Below, one piece after another: positions 37,461-50,600 of a DNA stretch of 64,000 bases. The notes under the pieces are model-generated. The model did not search any database. It worked only from the letters and a program-made list of their open reading frames with translations, and had not been told where the DNA came from. This stretch comes from Lama guanicoe (lineage: Eukaryota). How positions within the stretch are numbered: the first letter of the stretch is position 1; every line of letters starts with the position of its first letter. A program made the position numbers and the translations under genes. Location of the stretch: assembly GCA_013239625.1 (NCBI GenBank), contig MU053431.1, forward strand, positions 310,001 to 374,000, in the 5' to 3' direction.

Positions 37461-40400
37461 AAGAGAGCTTTGGTGGGAAGCCAGCAGCATCCCTACGACT
37501 GTGACACCAGAATGTCCCCAGACATGGCCCCGTTTCCTCGTGGAGGTAGGATTACCCCCACTGTGGCTCATGGGGCTCTCTGCTCCAGTGCCATCCAAGG
37601 GGGCCCTGAAGACGACCCCACGGCTCTGGTTTTAGTGGCGGGGGTTGGCCTAAGTGTCTTTAACGTGCCATCTAGCCCTAACACCCATGAGCCTTCTGTC
37701 AAGAAGCTCATGACCTCGCAGAGGAGGCAGGACAAGTGCAAAACCAGACGTGAGCATCCTCGTGCTTTGCTTTGATACCTTCCCTCCTGGAGACACTGAG
37801 CTGAGGACGGTGAAGGTGCTCTCTGTCCTAAGGGGGCAAGTGCACATTTTCAAAGGGCCAGTTGCCTCTGGCTTTCATGAATACAGGCCATAAAAGGTCT
37901 TAGCCGGCCGGCTGTGCTCTGTACGCCTCCTTGGGGCAGCCTTCTCCTTGGCATGCTTAAGGGATGTCTCGTCCCTGAATAGGAATCGGTGGTGGCTTTC
38001 TAGGAAGGAAGGCCTTTGAACAGGGGCGGTTCGGGCAGTCCCAGCCAGAGCGGCCCACGCGTTTCCGGTGAGGGGACCGGCCCGCCTGCAGGCTTCCGGC
38101 CTGATGGGGGCATCCTGAACCTGACTGCATCTTCAAAAGAGGAAACCAAGTGCGTGAGGACTGAGCACTTCAGTGAAACTGAAATTACAATTATAATATA
38201 TTTTTTAACAGAAGTGAACAGGTGGTGTTTTAAATCTCTCCAAGAGTAACCGATATTCAGCACTTTAAGCACCCGGGCTGCTGTAATAAACATTGTCTAA
38301 TTATGTATTCTTGGGAGTGCATTTTATGTTGGGTTTTCAAATTGGAATTTGGATCCAACTGAAGTTATCTACACAGAGCAGTTTTTGTGTGTAGTAAAGT
38401 AGCGATTCAAAATATTAGGTATTTTTTGAGTAACTTCAGTTGGGGTCTCCTGGGAGCTGCTCTCCGGGAGGGACGCAGCTGAGAGCTTAGAGTGGGTCCT
38501 TCTACCTTTGAAGTTCTAGTCACAGCCCAGGCTGTTACAAGATTGTTATGGTCTTGAATTTGATGAAAAAGGCAGAGAAATATGGATCAGGTTAAGTTTT
38601 AACTTCCAGCCCAGCTTGGGCTGGGTACTGGAATTTTCCCTGCCACTGCATTTGGGACATCTCCATGTCCCTGACCCCCAGGTACCTAAGGGTCCCAGCA
38701 TCACCAGTTTACTTCCATGGGATGGAAAAGTCTTCCCCAGTGTGGAGCCCCTAAGATGGTGTTCGTGACTCAAAAAAACATGAACAAATATATACAAATG
38801 TATTTGGTGAATTATGCGTTACATGAAATTATATAAGTTTTTTTTTTTACAAGCAGAATTGCCTAGAGTCTTTAGCATAAAACTGCAGTCAGATTATTCA
38901 AAGGAAGTTGTGTTTGTGGGGAGAGGGTGAAGGTGTGTCACTCAGGACCGGAGTTGTAAGGACACACTGGCGGAGATTCTGGGTTTGGAAAGAGGCACAT
39001 GGTCTTGGAGGTGAGACTCTGGCTCCTCCAAAATGGAGGAGAGGACTAGGTTTAGCCGTGCGGGTCGGGCTCGCATCCATGTCAGGAGGTGCCCACACAC
39101 CCCGGCGTGCACCGTGGCCCCGCCCTCCTGTCTCGCCGCCCCCCTCCCCCGGGCTCTTCTCCTCCATTCCAGGGCTGCCCTCCGTGCTCCTTACCATCCA
39201 TCCCCTCTCCCTTCCTCTTTGGTCCAGACTTGGCCTCCCTGCTCTCTTTGGTCCTCATTTCCTTCTCGAGGCCATAGGCTTGCACGCTCTGGGGCTCTGC
39301 CCTGCTCCGCCCCGCACATCCTCGCCTGGGGTGTGGGGCAGAGGAGTCCCTGCAAAGAGAACAGCCGTTCTCAACAAGGGAAGCCGCTCACACTCTGCCT
39401 TCTTAGCAGCTGGGGTTCGGCACCGAGAGAAGGTTCTGTGGAGGGAGAATCTCAGGCATAAGCAGGGGCTCCCGGCCGGCAGTCTGGGATCCCCTTCTCA
39501 GTGTGGTTAAGCACCCAGATTTGTGTGCGTTTGGTGGCAGCCGTGCCGCTCCCCGAGAGTCTTTGGGGAAGTCACTCAAACTGTGCCTCAACCTCTCTTC
39601 TGCAAATTAGTGGTAAGTCTAGTAAAAGCTGTGGCTGTTCATGACATAATGCACGTAACATTCTTAATCTCAGCGTCGGACAGGTAGGAAATGAGGGACA
39701 CGGACGGTCTAAGTTGTTGTTATTCGTGTTGTGATCATTACCCCGTTGATTCCAGCATCGTATCCCAGAGGACCATCCAGAAACCCAGAGCCTCCACCTC
39801 AGGGCCTCCCCTTCCTGGGGCAGCAGCACAAGGGAATCAGCTCCCTCCTCCGGAATCCGAACCGCCTTCTCCCGGGGGCTCTCGCGCTGAACTGCGTCTC
39901 TCCGGGTTAAACGCTGCCATGGCCCCGAAGCGCACAGATTTATCCAGTTGTCATAGTTGTTGGGTTGCTCTGCGAGAAAATGACTTCTCCTAATTAACAC
40001 AGCAGTGCACGAGTCACTTCTGGAGTCCTCGCAGCACAAACTGCCCAGCTGCTGGTCAATCCTTCCGAAAGATAGGGAAGATCCACGCCTGGAGTTCTCG
40101 CCCCAGCTCTGGGTGCCCCCGCCGCCGCCCTTGTCTCCCCTGCTGTTCCCGCGAAGGTGACAGGCCCCGTGGGAGGGGGACAGTGTCAGCTGAGAGCAGG
40201 CGGGGCTGAGGGAGTGACTTGGTCTTTTTGATGACGCGTTCTCAGCTGGGTTGCAGGGTGCTAATGGAGGCAGGGGGATGAGTTTACAAGCCCATTTGTC
40301 TCCAGGACAGAACTGAGGCTTTTATTACTACGGAAGCGTTTCAGGGTATCTAAATCATAGAATTGGCTCAAATCTCTCCCTCTCTTCCTGAGCATGTAAA

Positions 40401-41449
40401 CTAAGTCTTCGTCTTGGCCAGTGAAGTGCGTGTCCGCAGACATCAGACCCAGCCAGCACGGCGGAACTTCCCAAGACAGAAGCAGCAGTCCGGGCTGGGA
40501 CGGGCTCACAGTGGGGCCGGGGGGAAGGATGCCTTAACCCTGAGCAAGGCTGTCCCAGGACAGTTGTATTTCCACTTGCGTCTCACAATGTGCGTCCCCA
40601 TGTTTGGTGACAAGGAGAAAAGAAAGAAGCGTCTGGATGTCCATGCTTGCATGTAAATTCCCCAAGTCTTCTAGTATCCCGAGAGACATTTCCAGCCAAA
40701 ATTTTCACTTACTTGCACTCACAGTCCACGCACACACTCCTCTGTGGATCATTAGAAACAGGTAAGTCTGTGAAGCAGATCACAAGCCAGGCCTCCGATT
40801 CCGCACAGTGAGCACCATCGGCTGATCGTACACACGGGCATGTCCATCCCCAGGGCCTACCGCAGGCTGCCCCTCATTTAATCAGGGGTTGCCTAGTGTT
40901 CAGCCCCTTCAGCCCGTTCAGCCCCTGGGTACTTTTCCACGTGTAAATGGCAGCGTAAACGTCAGAGCGAAGTGAGCTGCGCATCTGGTGAATTCAGGCG
41001 ATACCGTTGTCGGCTGCAACTGATGAATCAAAAACCCTGCTGTAGCTTGTGAGCTGTGTTTGCCTCGGCCTGCGTGCTCTGACTTCCTGTGGACCTTGTG
41101 TGCCCTGTCAGAGGGTAAATGATAATTTGGCCTCACGGTTTTTGTTGCTGTAAACCCTAAGACGTCCTGCACTTCGGTGTGTTTGCTCCTTACTGAGTCC
41201 CTGGCACCTGTTGCAGTGGTTGGTGCAGAGTGGGTGACCCACACACGTTTGTTCATCGAATATTATTTAATGAATGAGTAGATGGATGGATGGGTGGGCG
41301 GGTGGATGGGTGGGGATGGGGACATAGGGACTCTGAGACCAGGATCGGGCTTCAGTAATGGAATCTTTTATCCATCTGCTGGACCTTAGCTAATGACCAC
41401 CGCAGCTGCCATGTGTGGTTTAAGCATATCTCAGCGAGGGATTTCTTAC

Positions 41450-41730
41450 TGCAGGTCTCAACCCTGGCTGCACACTGGAATCACCTAGGAAACTTTTTGA
41501 GATAATGAAACTATAATGATGGTGATGATTGCTCTATAAATATCCTAAAGCCCACTGAACTGTACACCTAAAGCAGGTTAGCTTTATGAGATGTAAATTA
41601 TATCTCAGAAAAGCTGTTCAAGAAAAGTGAATTCCTAGCCCGGAGGTTCAAAGTCAGCTGGTCTGGAGTGGAGCTGGTAAGATCTCCCCTGGTGCTTCTA
41701 ATATGCAGCCCAGGCTGAGAAGCACTGGTT
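41450..41730. mobile_element. MER5A/B-like hAT MITE interrupted by an old L1 3' end (about 41517-41626)
   Basis: TCTCAACCCTGGCTGCACACTGGAATCACCT ... GGTGCTTCTAATATGCAGCCCAGGCTGAGAAGCACTG; the insert carries CCACTGAACTGTACAC..TGTAAATTATATCTCA. Confidence 0.75.
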
Positions 41731-41889
41731 TAGTCTGTGTGGGACTCTGTGACAAATCAATTTCTGGGAATCCGGGGCCTACCATGGAGACCGCTGATTA
41801 TTCTATTTGCATAGACCTGGCTCCCCAGGGACCCACATCGAATGTCACGTACTGTCACGAAAGTCTTAGCTCCATTGTTCCCAAACCTG

Positions 41890-42055
41890 ACCAAACATCT
41901 CTCAGAACAGGGAGGTTGTACGGAAGACAAGTCCCTGGCTGCATGCCAGCGTCCTGACTCACCATCCCTTGAGTCAGGGTCTGGAAATCCGAATCTTTAA
42001 GAGCTCCTCCATAGAGTCTGAGACACCTGGCCGAGGCTCATAGGACTACTGCACA
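41890..42055. mobile_element. MER5B-like fragment
   Basis: GGTCTGGAAATCCGAATCTTTAAGAGCTCCTCCA..GACTACTGG. Confidence 0.45.
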
Positions 42056-42819
42056 GATGTGCTGTGTTAAAGTCAGCCACCCAGGACTCCAGCCAAACAG
42101 CACATGTTCCCAGAAGGATCATGTGTTTACCTCCGTGGAAACTGAACGCACAGTCGCCAGCCTATTGAAACTAATTTAATTAAAGGAGAGGGGTGTTTGT
42201 AGGAGGCCAGCCGGAGGGAGAGGCTGGCCTCTGCCACGTGTTGACTGTCCAGCCGCGGGTGGTATCCTCGCACCCCTGGTACCACCCTGCTCTCCGTGTC
42301 CCCCAAGGAGAAGGCGCCGGCCCTCCTGACATGCCAGGTCCATCTCCTCTCTCTGGTCTGAATCTCATGCTTTCGTGAGAACTGTGGGTTCTCAGCGACA
42401 CTTTCATCCCTTCTGGTAGCTCAGTTTCTCGTAGCCGTCCTGTCTTCCAGCTCGTAGACATGCTTCTCTCCCATCTTAACAAGAAGTAAAACCCCTTCCC
42501 CCCGTCCCCACATCCCGCCTCCCCAGCTGAACCCTAGTTCCACCTCTGCTTTGCATTCAGACTCGGTTGCCGTCACTCCCGGCCGCTGGTCCTGGCTCAC
42601 GAGCACTTCCCGCCTGTGCCCCCCGGCCCCTGCCCTGACGTGGACCCCCGCTCTGACCTGCCTTCCTCGTGCTGGCCTGGGCCTTACTCTTTATTCTTTC
42701 TTTGTCTTTATTTTTATTTGTCTGACTCTCACCCTTTATTCTTACCCTCAAGGCTCTCATGAAGCCTCCCAGATGATCACTCAACTCAATCGGAAAGGCA
42801 ACAACACTACATTTCAAAC

Positions 42820-43220
42820 GCTTCTCAAATTCAGCATCTCCTACAGTTTCCCCGACCAGACCTCTGGCTGTGGTCCCGGTCCTGGTGCCTGGCACCACGC
42901 TCCATCCACCCCAGCCCTGGCAGCTTCCTTCTTTATCCTCCTTAATCAGTGTTCCCTCCATGTGAGAAAGGTTTTCCCTCCAGGTATTTCTCAGATCTCT
43001 GTGGTGCTCTTAATCTCTGCAGCCTCACATGATTCCAAATTGTTCTTTCAAAATGCAAAACTCATCACCTCTTCCTCCTAAAAAAAATCCATAAATGGTC
43101 CTCTGTGGCTCTTTGGATAAAGAACAAAATTTCTAACCACTTCATTTAATATCCTGGATAGTCTGACCCTGCCTGTCTCTGCAGCTTCCACCGGAACCCT
43201 CTCCGCCTGCTCACTGCTCT
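42820..43220 (+). mobile_element. L2 LINE fragment
   Basis: TCTCAAATTCAGCAT, TTTCAAAATGCAAA..CATCAC, GGATAAAGAACAAAATTTCT, TCTGACCCTGCCT. Confidence 0.55.
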
Positions 43221-45104
43221 CTGCACGGGGGGAAGAGAGCGCACGTGGGGCTTTCCGAGCCTAGCTGCTCAGTGCTTTGTGCAGCTGCAGCCTTACGTGA
43301 GCCCTGGAAAAGTAGCTGTGGACCAGATAGATACTGAGCTGCCCATACCTCTGTCTGCCTGTGCATAAGCTGGGGCCGACCAGAGTAGCTCGCACTCCGG
43401 AAGACCTCAAGACGATGCCGCGTGGCAACACTTGTGAGGTAGTCAGCTCGGCATCCAGCACATCGCTGGGGCCCTGAGCATCGATGGTGATGATGGTGGT
43501 AAATTGATCATCATATGGACAAAACCCAGCTTGCGCTAGATGATCAATTACAGCTGTTGTCCTGGAAGCAGGTCTCACAGGGCGTGTGGCTGGGAACCAG
43601 TGTGGCCCCCATTTCCTCTAACGTGGAGTGGACAGGGGGGTCTGGGGCGGTTTCCTCCTTTCCCAAGGACCCTGGGTGTGGCCATGAGCCCTGCTACGAC
43701 GGGCCGAGGTTGGGGTTTGGGGAACCGCTGTTTGATTCAGGACAGCTCCCCTGTCATGGCTTCCCTATTAAGCTATGGAGGAATGGGTCTGTGCCCCAAG
43801 CCCTGAGAGTGATACAGAACTGCGGGGGGGGGGTGTTTCACCCAGTCAGGGTTCTTTGTGCCATAAGCACATCAAAATCCAACCAAATTGGCCTCAGTAT
43901 GGAGAAGGCACTGACAGCTGGGGATGCAGCCAGCCTCAGTCCATGTCCGGGCGTCCTGCTCTGTTCTTTGCTCCCTCGTCCCAGCCCGTCTACCCCCAGG
44001 AAGGGCTAAGGAGCCGGCTGACGTCCCAGCCCAAACGTGTCCCCAGGTGAAGGTTGACCCCTTGGGGGAGGGAGTCTCTGAGCGGGTCCTGTGGTCCATC
44101 CTGATCGAGCTGACATGGGTCGCACATCCACCCGGATCTGTGCCCTTGGAAATAAGAGGTGCTGATTCCACCAGGTTGGGGTTCTGCCCCCCACTTGTAG
44201 GGGTGGGGATAAAGCCTCACGTGGGCGTGTGGGAGGGTGTGAGAGGCTCCTTGCAGGGACATCGTGAGATGGTTACTAGGAGGATGAAGAAATGCTGAGA
44301 GCAGAACCCAGAGCCCAAACTCTGATGCTCAGACAATTTGAAATCCTCAGAAGAATCTAAATTCACTCAAGCAACTTCAGGGAAAATTGCTGCTTCAGCT
44401 CCAGCTGCCAAATAAAACATCTTCCTGACCCACCAGCACCCCTGGACTATCTCTTGGACTAAAGAATTTAAACTCCAGTCTCGAGGCCCTTGGAAAAAAC
44501 CAGCTGGCCTTCTCTTAACTCCAGCATCGCGAACTGAATCGTCAGGAAATGAGCAGAGCCCGCCGAGCGCTGGTGTCGGCCGACTTCCAACTGTCACGTC
44601 TTCCCTGTTCTCCCTGGCTCGTAGCCGCTCTATCTGGGGATCTTGACAAGTTCCTTACCATTCAGGCAGCTCCCTGGCTGTTACGTCCTTGCTGACCCTA
44701 GAATATTAGTCTTTTGTGTGCTGTGAAGTCAAACGCTTGCTTGAAATCCGAGGAAATTATAGTCAGGCTCTCTCCTGTTGACTCTTTGTGCTGCTTCCTT
44801 GAAAATTTCTACCAGATTGGCCAAGCGTGGTTTTTCCTTGGCGAGTCCACGCTGACTCCCTGTAATTAAGCCAGGGTGAGCACTGCGCCCACTTGGCACG
44901 CGGCGTCCTGTTCCGCACTGACTCTCTGTGACGCCGGGGTGGAGCCACCAAGCGCCTGAATAACAGAGCAGCGCCTGTGGCTCTTTCCCAAAGAACCAGC
45001 CCGGGCTCTGGTCCCGCCTTTTCTCGTGGCTGCTTCCCTTCTGCCTGAGAAGGAGCATCCCCAGGGGTGCTGATTTCGGGCCGGGAGGCAGAAAGCACCT
45101 GCTC

Positions 45105-45300
45105 TTTGGAGGCTGAAGTCTTGCATCCAAACCCAGCTCTGCCTTTTAGTAGCTTTGTCTTCCTGAGCAAGTCACCAAATATCTCTGAGCCTCAGTTTCC
45201 TCATCCATCCGGTGGCAATGATGGTGACCTCTGGGCAGGGCTGTTCACAGAACTGAGTGAATTAATGAAGCCGTGCAGAGCGTCCGTCAGAGGCACTCAC
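45105..45300 (+). mobile_element. MIR SINE
   Basis: CCAAACCCAGCTCTGCC..TAGCTTTGT..GAGCAAGTCAC..TCTCTGAGCCTCAGTTTCCTCATC. Confidence 0.8.
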
Positions 45301-46779
45301 TCCACGGCTTCCCGCGCAGCCGGCGGGCAGTCGGTGCTGTCAGTGGCTTCTCTCTGCAAGCCGACCACCCCCGACCCCAGCCTACTACGAATCTTATTTC
45401 CAACTGTAGCTTTCTTCACTGTGTATGACTTTAAATATGCATTTAAGTTAATTTATACAGAACACATAAATATGTTTGAATTCTTGTCACGCTTAGTAGA
45501 ACCTTTCTTGTACAGTCTTGATGCTTACCTAGGAAAGTCCTCAGCGAGACACCTGGTTTCTCTTCACCACTTATCCCGGGGGTCGGGGGCCAGGGGCTTC
45601 TGACTACTGGACTTGGGGAAGGATCTGGGCATGCTCAGTACAGCTTCCTCCTCCCTGTGGAATTTGCAGCCGGAAGGTTCCGGTCTACCCTCTGTTTCCC
45701 TGGAACGATCTGGATTTTCCATTGTGGTTCCAGTGCAACCACTAACAGCACCTTCTTTTGCGCGCCGTGTCCCAGTTTGGGTGGAAAAGTCTGCAGTCAC
45801 AGGGGAACTTGGTCTCTCCCTCTAGAGGGGCTGCCACTGTCCAGCCGTGCCGCATCCGGACGGGCTTCCTGCAGGGGTGGGCAGTGATGCACCTGCTTGG
45901 CTTCTGTAAGGAAGGTGACCTTTTACTTTTCTCTTGCCCCTGTTTGGCTTTTTATTGGTACATAACTCAGGCGGGACGAGAGCGCTAAGAACACCTACCC
46001 CATCTGGAACTCACGTCCCCAGTCCCCATCCTATCCTACCCCCGAGTCAGACAAAGTTGACTCTTACTAAAGAAGCCTTTCCTCCGGCACGCCTCCGCCC
46101 TCCAGGATCTGGGAGGGACACCTGCGTCCTCTGAATTCCCCAGGGGGCCCCTCCGAGGCTTGTCTGCGTTTCCTGGTGCCGGTTATGCTGATTTGTGTCT
46201 TATGTGCTTCTCCGGGGTCAGTCCTGCTTGGGTCCAACTCTGTCTTCAGAGAGCTCAAAAATGCACAGCTGGTGCGAGTCTCTAGCCCAGAGTTCAAGGC
46301 TTTGATGTCGTCTGGGCTGGAGCTGGGAGATGCCGTGCTTAGATCCCTGCTTCTCTGAGCCAGGAAGCCCTGTCTCCCTGTTCTCATCTGTCCGCAGAGC
46401 ACCGCCCCAGACTGGTCACAGCATCCGTGGACTTCCTTCCTGTCCCTGGTCTGGGAATTGCTATGCTGCCCTCCTCTGCCTGCTGCATCCAGTCCCTTCT
46501 GGGCACCTCCACCCCCACTCATCTAGTACAGTTGTCTTTAGATCTACCTGGAAGGTATTAGAGTCGCTGGATCCAGCCTGACCTGAAGCGAGACCCTTTC
46601 TATTTTCTAAGCTTGGAAATTGCTGTAGACCTAAAAGTGGAAGATGCAAGAAGATGCCAGTTCTTCACTTCTCTTGTAAAAGAATAAATCCCTGAGATAA
46701 TTCTACTAGGTGCTCGAGGAGGTAAGGGTCTAAGAGACTCACACCAACTATGCAATTTTGTGCCCTGACGATGTGGAAA

Positions 46780-46925
46780 TACAATTCCTACGTGGCACTT
46801 AATTTAATCCTGACGACAGTGTTCAAAGGAAGTTGCTGTTTTTCAATCTGGATTTTACAGATCACATAACTAGTAACTGGCCAACGGAGAACCTGAACCC
46901 TGACATTCAGCTCAAGCAACTGTAT
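46780..46925 (-). mobile_element. MIR fragment
   Basis: TTAATTTAATCCTGACGACAG..ATTTTACAGATCACATAACTAGTAACTGGC..CTGAACCC. Confidence 0.55.
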
Positions 46926-48289
46926 CTTATCTGCTCTGCTCGTCTGCATCCAAGGACTCTGTGTCCTGCAACAATGGGCATTTGAGGGGCGAGCCGGGCA
47001 GACTGTGCCAAGGAGGATAAGAGAGGCACCTTCTTGCATCAGTGCTGGAGGGGATGGAGGGTGGCCGTGGAGACCCTGTGATGCCCAAGGTCAGGTGCAC
47101 CTACCAAGAGGGAGGCGGCAGCACAGAACTGCACGGGATTCGTCAGCTAAAATTCTTACTTGCTACATGTTCCATCTCTTAGCCATCTGAGTTCTGAGTT
47201 CTGAACGTGGCTACTCAGAGCCACCCCAAAGTTTGCCTGGGATGTACCCAACGGCTCTGTCTCTGTCACCTTGAAAAGGTTTGTTAATTGAATCCATAGC
47301 TGGAAAATATTTAAAATAGGATATGCTGTTGCAAGAAATTATCTGTAAATAATCGTCACAGTGATAATTTTGGAAAATGATAAATGCAACTGCTATAAAA
47401 ACACACGCTTTGTAATATATAAAACACAGGTTCATAAATAAACGTGGGAAGTACTTAATAAATTACATGCTGAACAAACAAAAGAAGAAATGGATGCTTT
47501 GAATTTTACTATTCAGCCTCCTCATTTTGCTTCTCCACACCCACCGAGATTTTCATATATGTTTTTTCAAATCTAATGAAGGTTATTTATTATGTTTTAA
47601 GTAACTGTGACTTTCCTAAAATGGGATATGCTGGTATCTTATAAAGAAACGTGTATGCTTCTTTGAAATAGAATGCATCTCTCTACTCAATGTGAACATG
47701 AAGTGTTAATTCATTACAGCCTAGGAGGGGAAACAAGAAAGAAAAGAAAACGTGTATTTCACGAAAATCAGTGCCGAGGGTACTTCAGTGAGTGCACGTT
47801 CCGCTGCACGTGGCATCATCGTCGCCTGGCGGGTTGGCAGCAGACCTTGGGCGCGGAGCAGAAGCATCGGTTGTCTATAGGTTGCCGGCGATGTTTATTG
47901 TTACAGGAGGAATTCCTCCTACATCAGGGGATTGTGGGATTCTTGTTGATTAAAGTTCCAAGACACCGTCTCAGAATTGTAATGACATCAGTCAAGCTGA
48001 GCTGAATTCGCATACGAATTCAGTCACCATCCATTTTGCAAAGTAAATATTTTGAGAAAGAATTGGGAGAAATGAACAGCATTTTCATGTTTCATGTATT
48101 TTTCACGATCTGCATGAACAAACGTGCCCTATGGGGCAGAACAAAATCCGCGGTAAGAGGATCTTAAATGGAGCACGAAGAAAGTGCTTATTTCAGCCTC
48201 CACCAGGGTGGCATGTGAGTGTTCTGACACCATGTTCTGAGGGCAGAGAATTCAGCTTTGGGCCATGGAAGCTGGCAGCTGCCATCTGA

Positions 48290-48500
48290 GGCCTCTGTGT
48301 TGATATAGCTGACGTTTAGGGTCAGATGAGTGTCTGTATTGGGGGGGGGCTGTCCTCGGCATTGTAGTGGCAGCCTCCCTGGTTGCTACCTGCCAGATGC
48401 CGGCAGCACCTGCCTGGCAATTGTGACAACCAGAAACGTCCCCAGACGTTGCCAAGTCCAACCCCTCGGGGAGTGGAGTCTTCCCCAGTTGAGAATGTGG
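48290..48500 (+). mobile_element. MER20 hAT-Charlie MITE
   Basis: GGGGGGCTGTCCT..GCATTGTAG..CAGATGCCGGCAGCACC..TTGTGACAACCAGAAACGTCCCCAGACGTTGCCAA..CCCCAGTTGAGAA. Confidence 0.85.
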
Positions 48501-48978
48501 TTGTCCCCAAGTCTGTACAGAATGTCCCTGCAGCAGTAGCCTGTGCAAACAAGCCCTTACTCTGCACCTTGGGTCCCATCTGTTCCGGGAGCTCCAGTCC
48601 TGCTCCCAGAAGAGAGGACCGCTGCGTCATCTGAAACAGGGCCATGCTCTGGTCACGCATTTAGCCAAAGATCCCTCATCATCTTGCAGCTAACATACAC
48701 TGAGGCCCGGGGTTGGGCTCCTCACCGTGCACCCCGGCAGCCAGGGCAGAATCCAGACACTGGGTGTCCCCTCCGTCAGCGTGGTTCCTGCAGGGCGTCA
48801 GGGAACATTAGGAAGCCCCCCTCTCTCCTCAAGCCTGGTCATTTGACAAGTGTTCCCCTCCGTTCAAAGACAGATCACTCACTCCGGCAGCACATGCGCT
48901 AAAACCGGAATCGCCCAGAGAAGATTACACGGCCCGTGCCAGGAGGACACGCACATCCGCGACACGTTCTATCTTTTT

Positions 48979-49205
48979 TAAATTGGGAGCTCGAGGTTTG
49001 CAGATACCAACCACTATGTATAAAATAGAGGAACAACGAGTTCATACTGTAGAGCACAGGGAACTATATTCTTGCAGTAACCTGTAATGAAAAAGAACGT
49101 GAAAAGGAATATGTATATGTCTATGGATGACCGAAACATCATGCTGCCCACCAGAAACTGATACAGTGTATTCTGACTATGCTTCACTAAGAAAAGAAAA
49201 AAAAT
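48979..49205 (+). mobile_element. Short camelid/cetartiodactyl-type L1 3' tail
   Basis: AATTGGGAGCTCGAGGTTTGCAGATAC..AGCACAGGGAACTATATT..CACCAGAAACTGA..CTGACTATGCTTCA followed by an A-rich tail. Confidence 0.85.
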
Positions 49206-50199
49206 CATATATATATACACACACAATCTTATATAAACGATGTATCTATTTGTAATTTAAATGGTTCAAATGGAAGAAATTAAATATGTTCTTTACATTC
49301 TTTATGTTTTGTTAAATTACATATAACATTATCATGTTACTATACATGTATTTATTCTAAGTTTTTATATTAAGTGATACATATATAATTAACAGAACAT
49401 AAGGACTCAAATGTAAGGAATACACACAGACACACATAAATAACATACAGACTGCTGTTTCCTTCTATTATTTTATCCGTTGACTTTTTTCATTGAAAAG
49501 AATTCTCTGCCCACCCACCCCTTCTGCATGGTTTCTGCTCACGCCCCACGTGGGTACGGGATACGGAAAGGGCGCGCAGGGAAGAAGTCGGGCTGGTTAG
49601 TAAAAGTGCGAAGACGGCATGGTTGGTTCGCTCTGGAATCTGTCAGGGCCTCACAGGGGAAAACAGCCGTTGTGGCTCATGGTGCGGACGGTACAAATTA
49701 GAGACTGAAACGTCGTGCGGCGGGTGAGCGTGTGAAGGAGGGGCAGTGCGCCATGCCTTTCACGAGGAGTTGAGTTGATGCACGTGTCTGGGGGACAATT
49801 TGTTGATACGTTTTGGAATTTCAAGTGTAGGTACGCTGCAACCTAGCCATCCAGTCACTGGAACGCCCTCTAAAAAACTACACGCTTAGTTTTTAACATG
49901 GTTACTTGCTGGGAATGAGAGATGGGTGAGAGCAAAGAATGAAGAAAGAATATGGCAATTTATTCTCTCTAGTTTGTATTTTTTGGATTTTCCATGCTGA
50001 GTATTAATGTATTATTTGTGTAAATTGAAAAATAAATCATAGAGAGCTGGCCGATGGACTACTAATAATTCAGAAAAGCGCAGACGCCTCCTTAAATACA
50101 AAAGTAATCTCTGACGTCATTATTTTTAAATGTATAAAATATTATTAATATAATATTTTAAAACTATTATTGTTCTAAGATTAAAAAGTGAGATATCAG

Positions 50200-50600
50200 T
50201 TTGAGACAACTGGTGTAGGGAGCAGCACACAACAATTATTTGTGAAAACTTAAATTGATACAAGATTCCTGCTGGACCACTTAGAGCTACAAATTGAAAT
50301 CTTTCATAATAACCATACCTTTTGACTCAAAAACTTGACCTCTAAGATTAGAGCCTAAAAAAAATTACAGAAATGGAACATATGTACAAAGATTTATACT
50401 AAAAGATGTTCACTGTGTTGTTATTTATAACGTAAACAAGTGGAAAAGCGTGAATGTTCCTTACTAAGGAACTGGCTAACTACATCACAGCATCACATTA
50501 AGATGAAACATTGTAAATTACTAGAAATAATGCAGGGTGAGAAATATGTATTTCACTGAAAATGTATATGTCATTTTTATTTTTTAAAAAAGCTATGGAA
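50200..50600 (+). mobile_element. Degraded L1ME-type fragment
   Basis: CATACCTTTTGACTCA, AAAGATGTTCACTGTGTTGTTATTTATAA. Confidence 0.55.
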
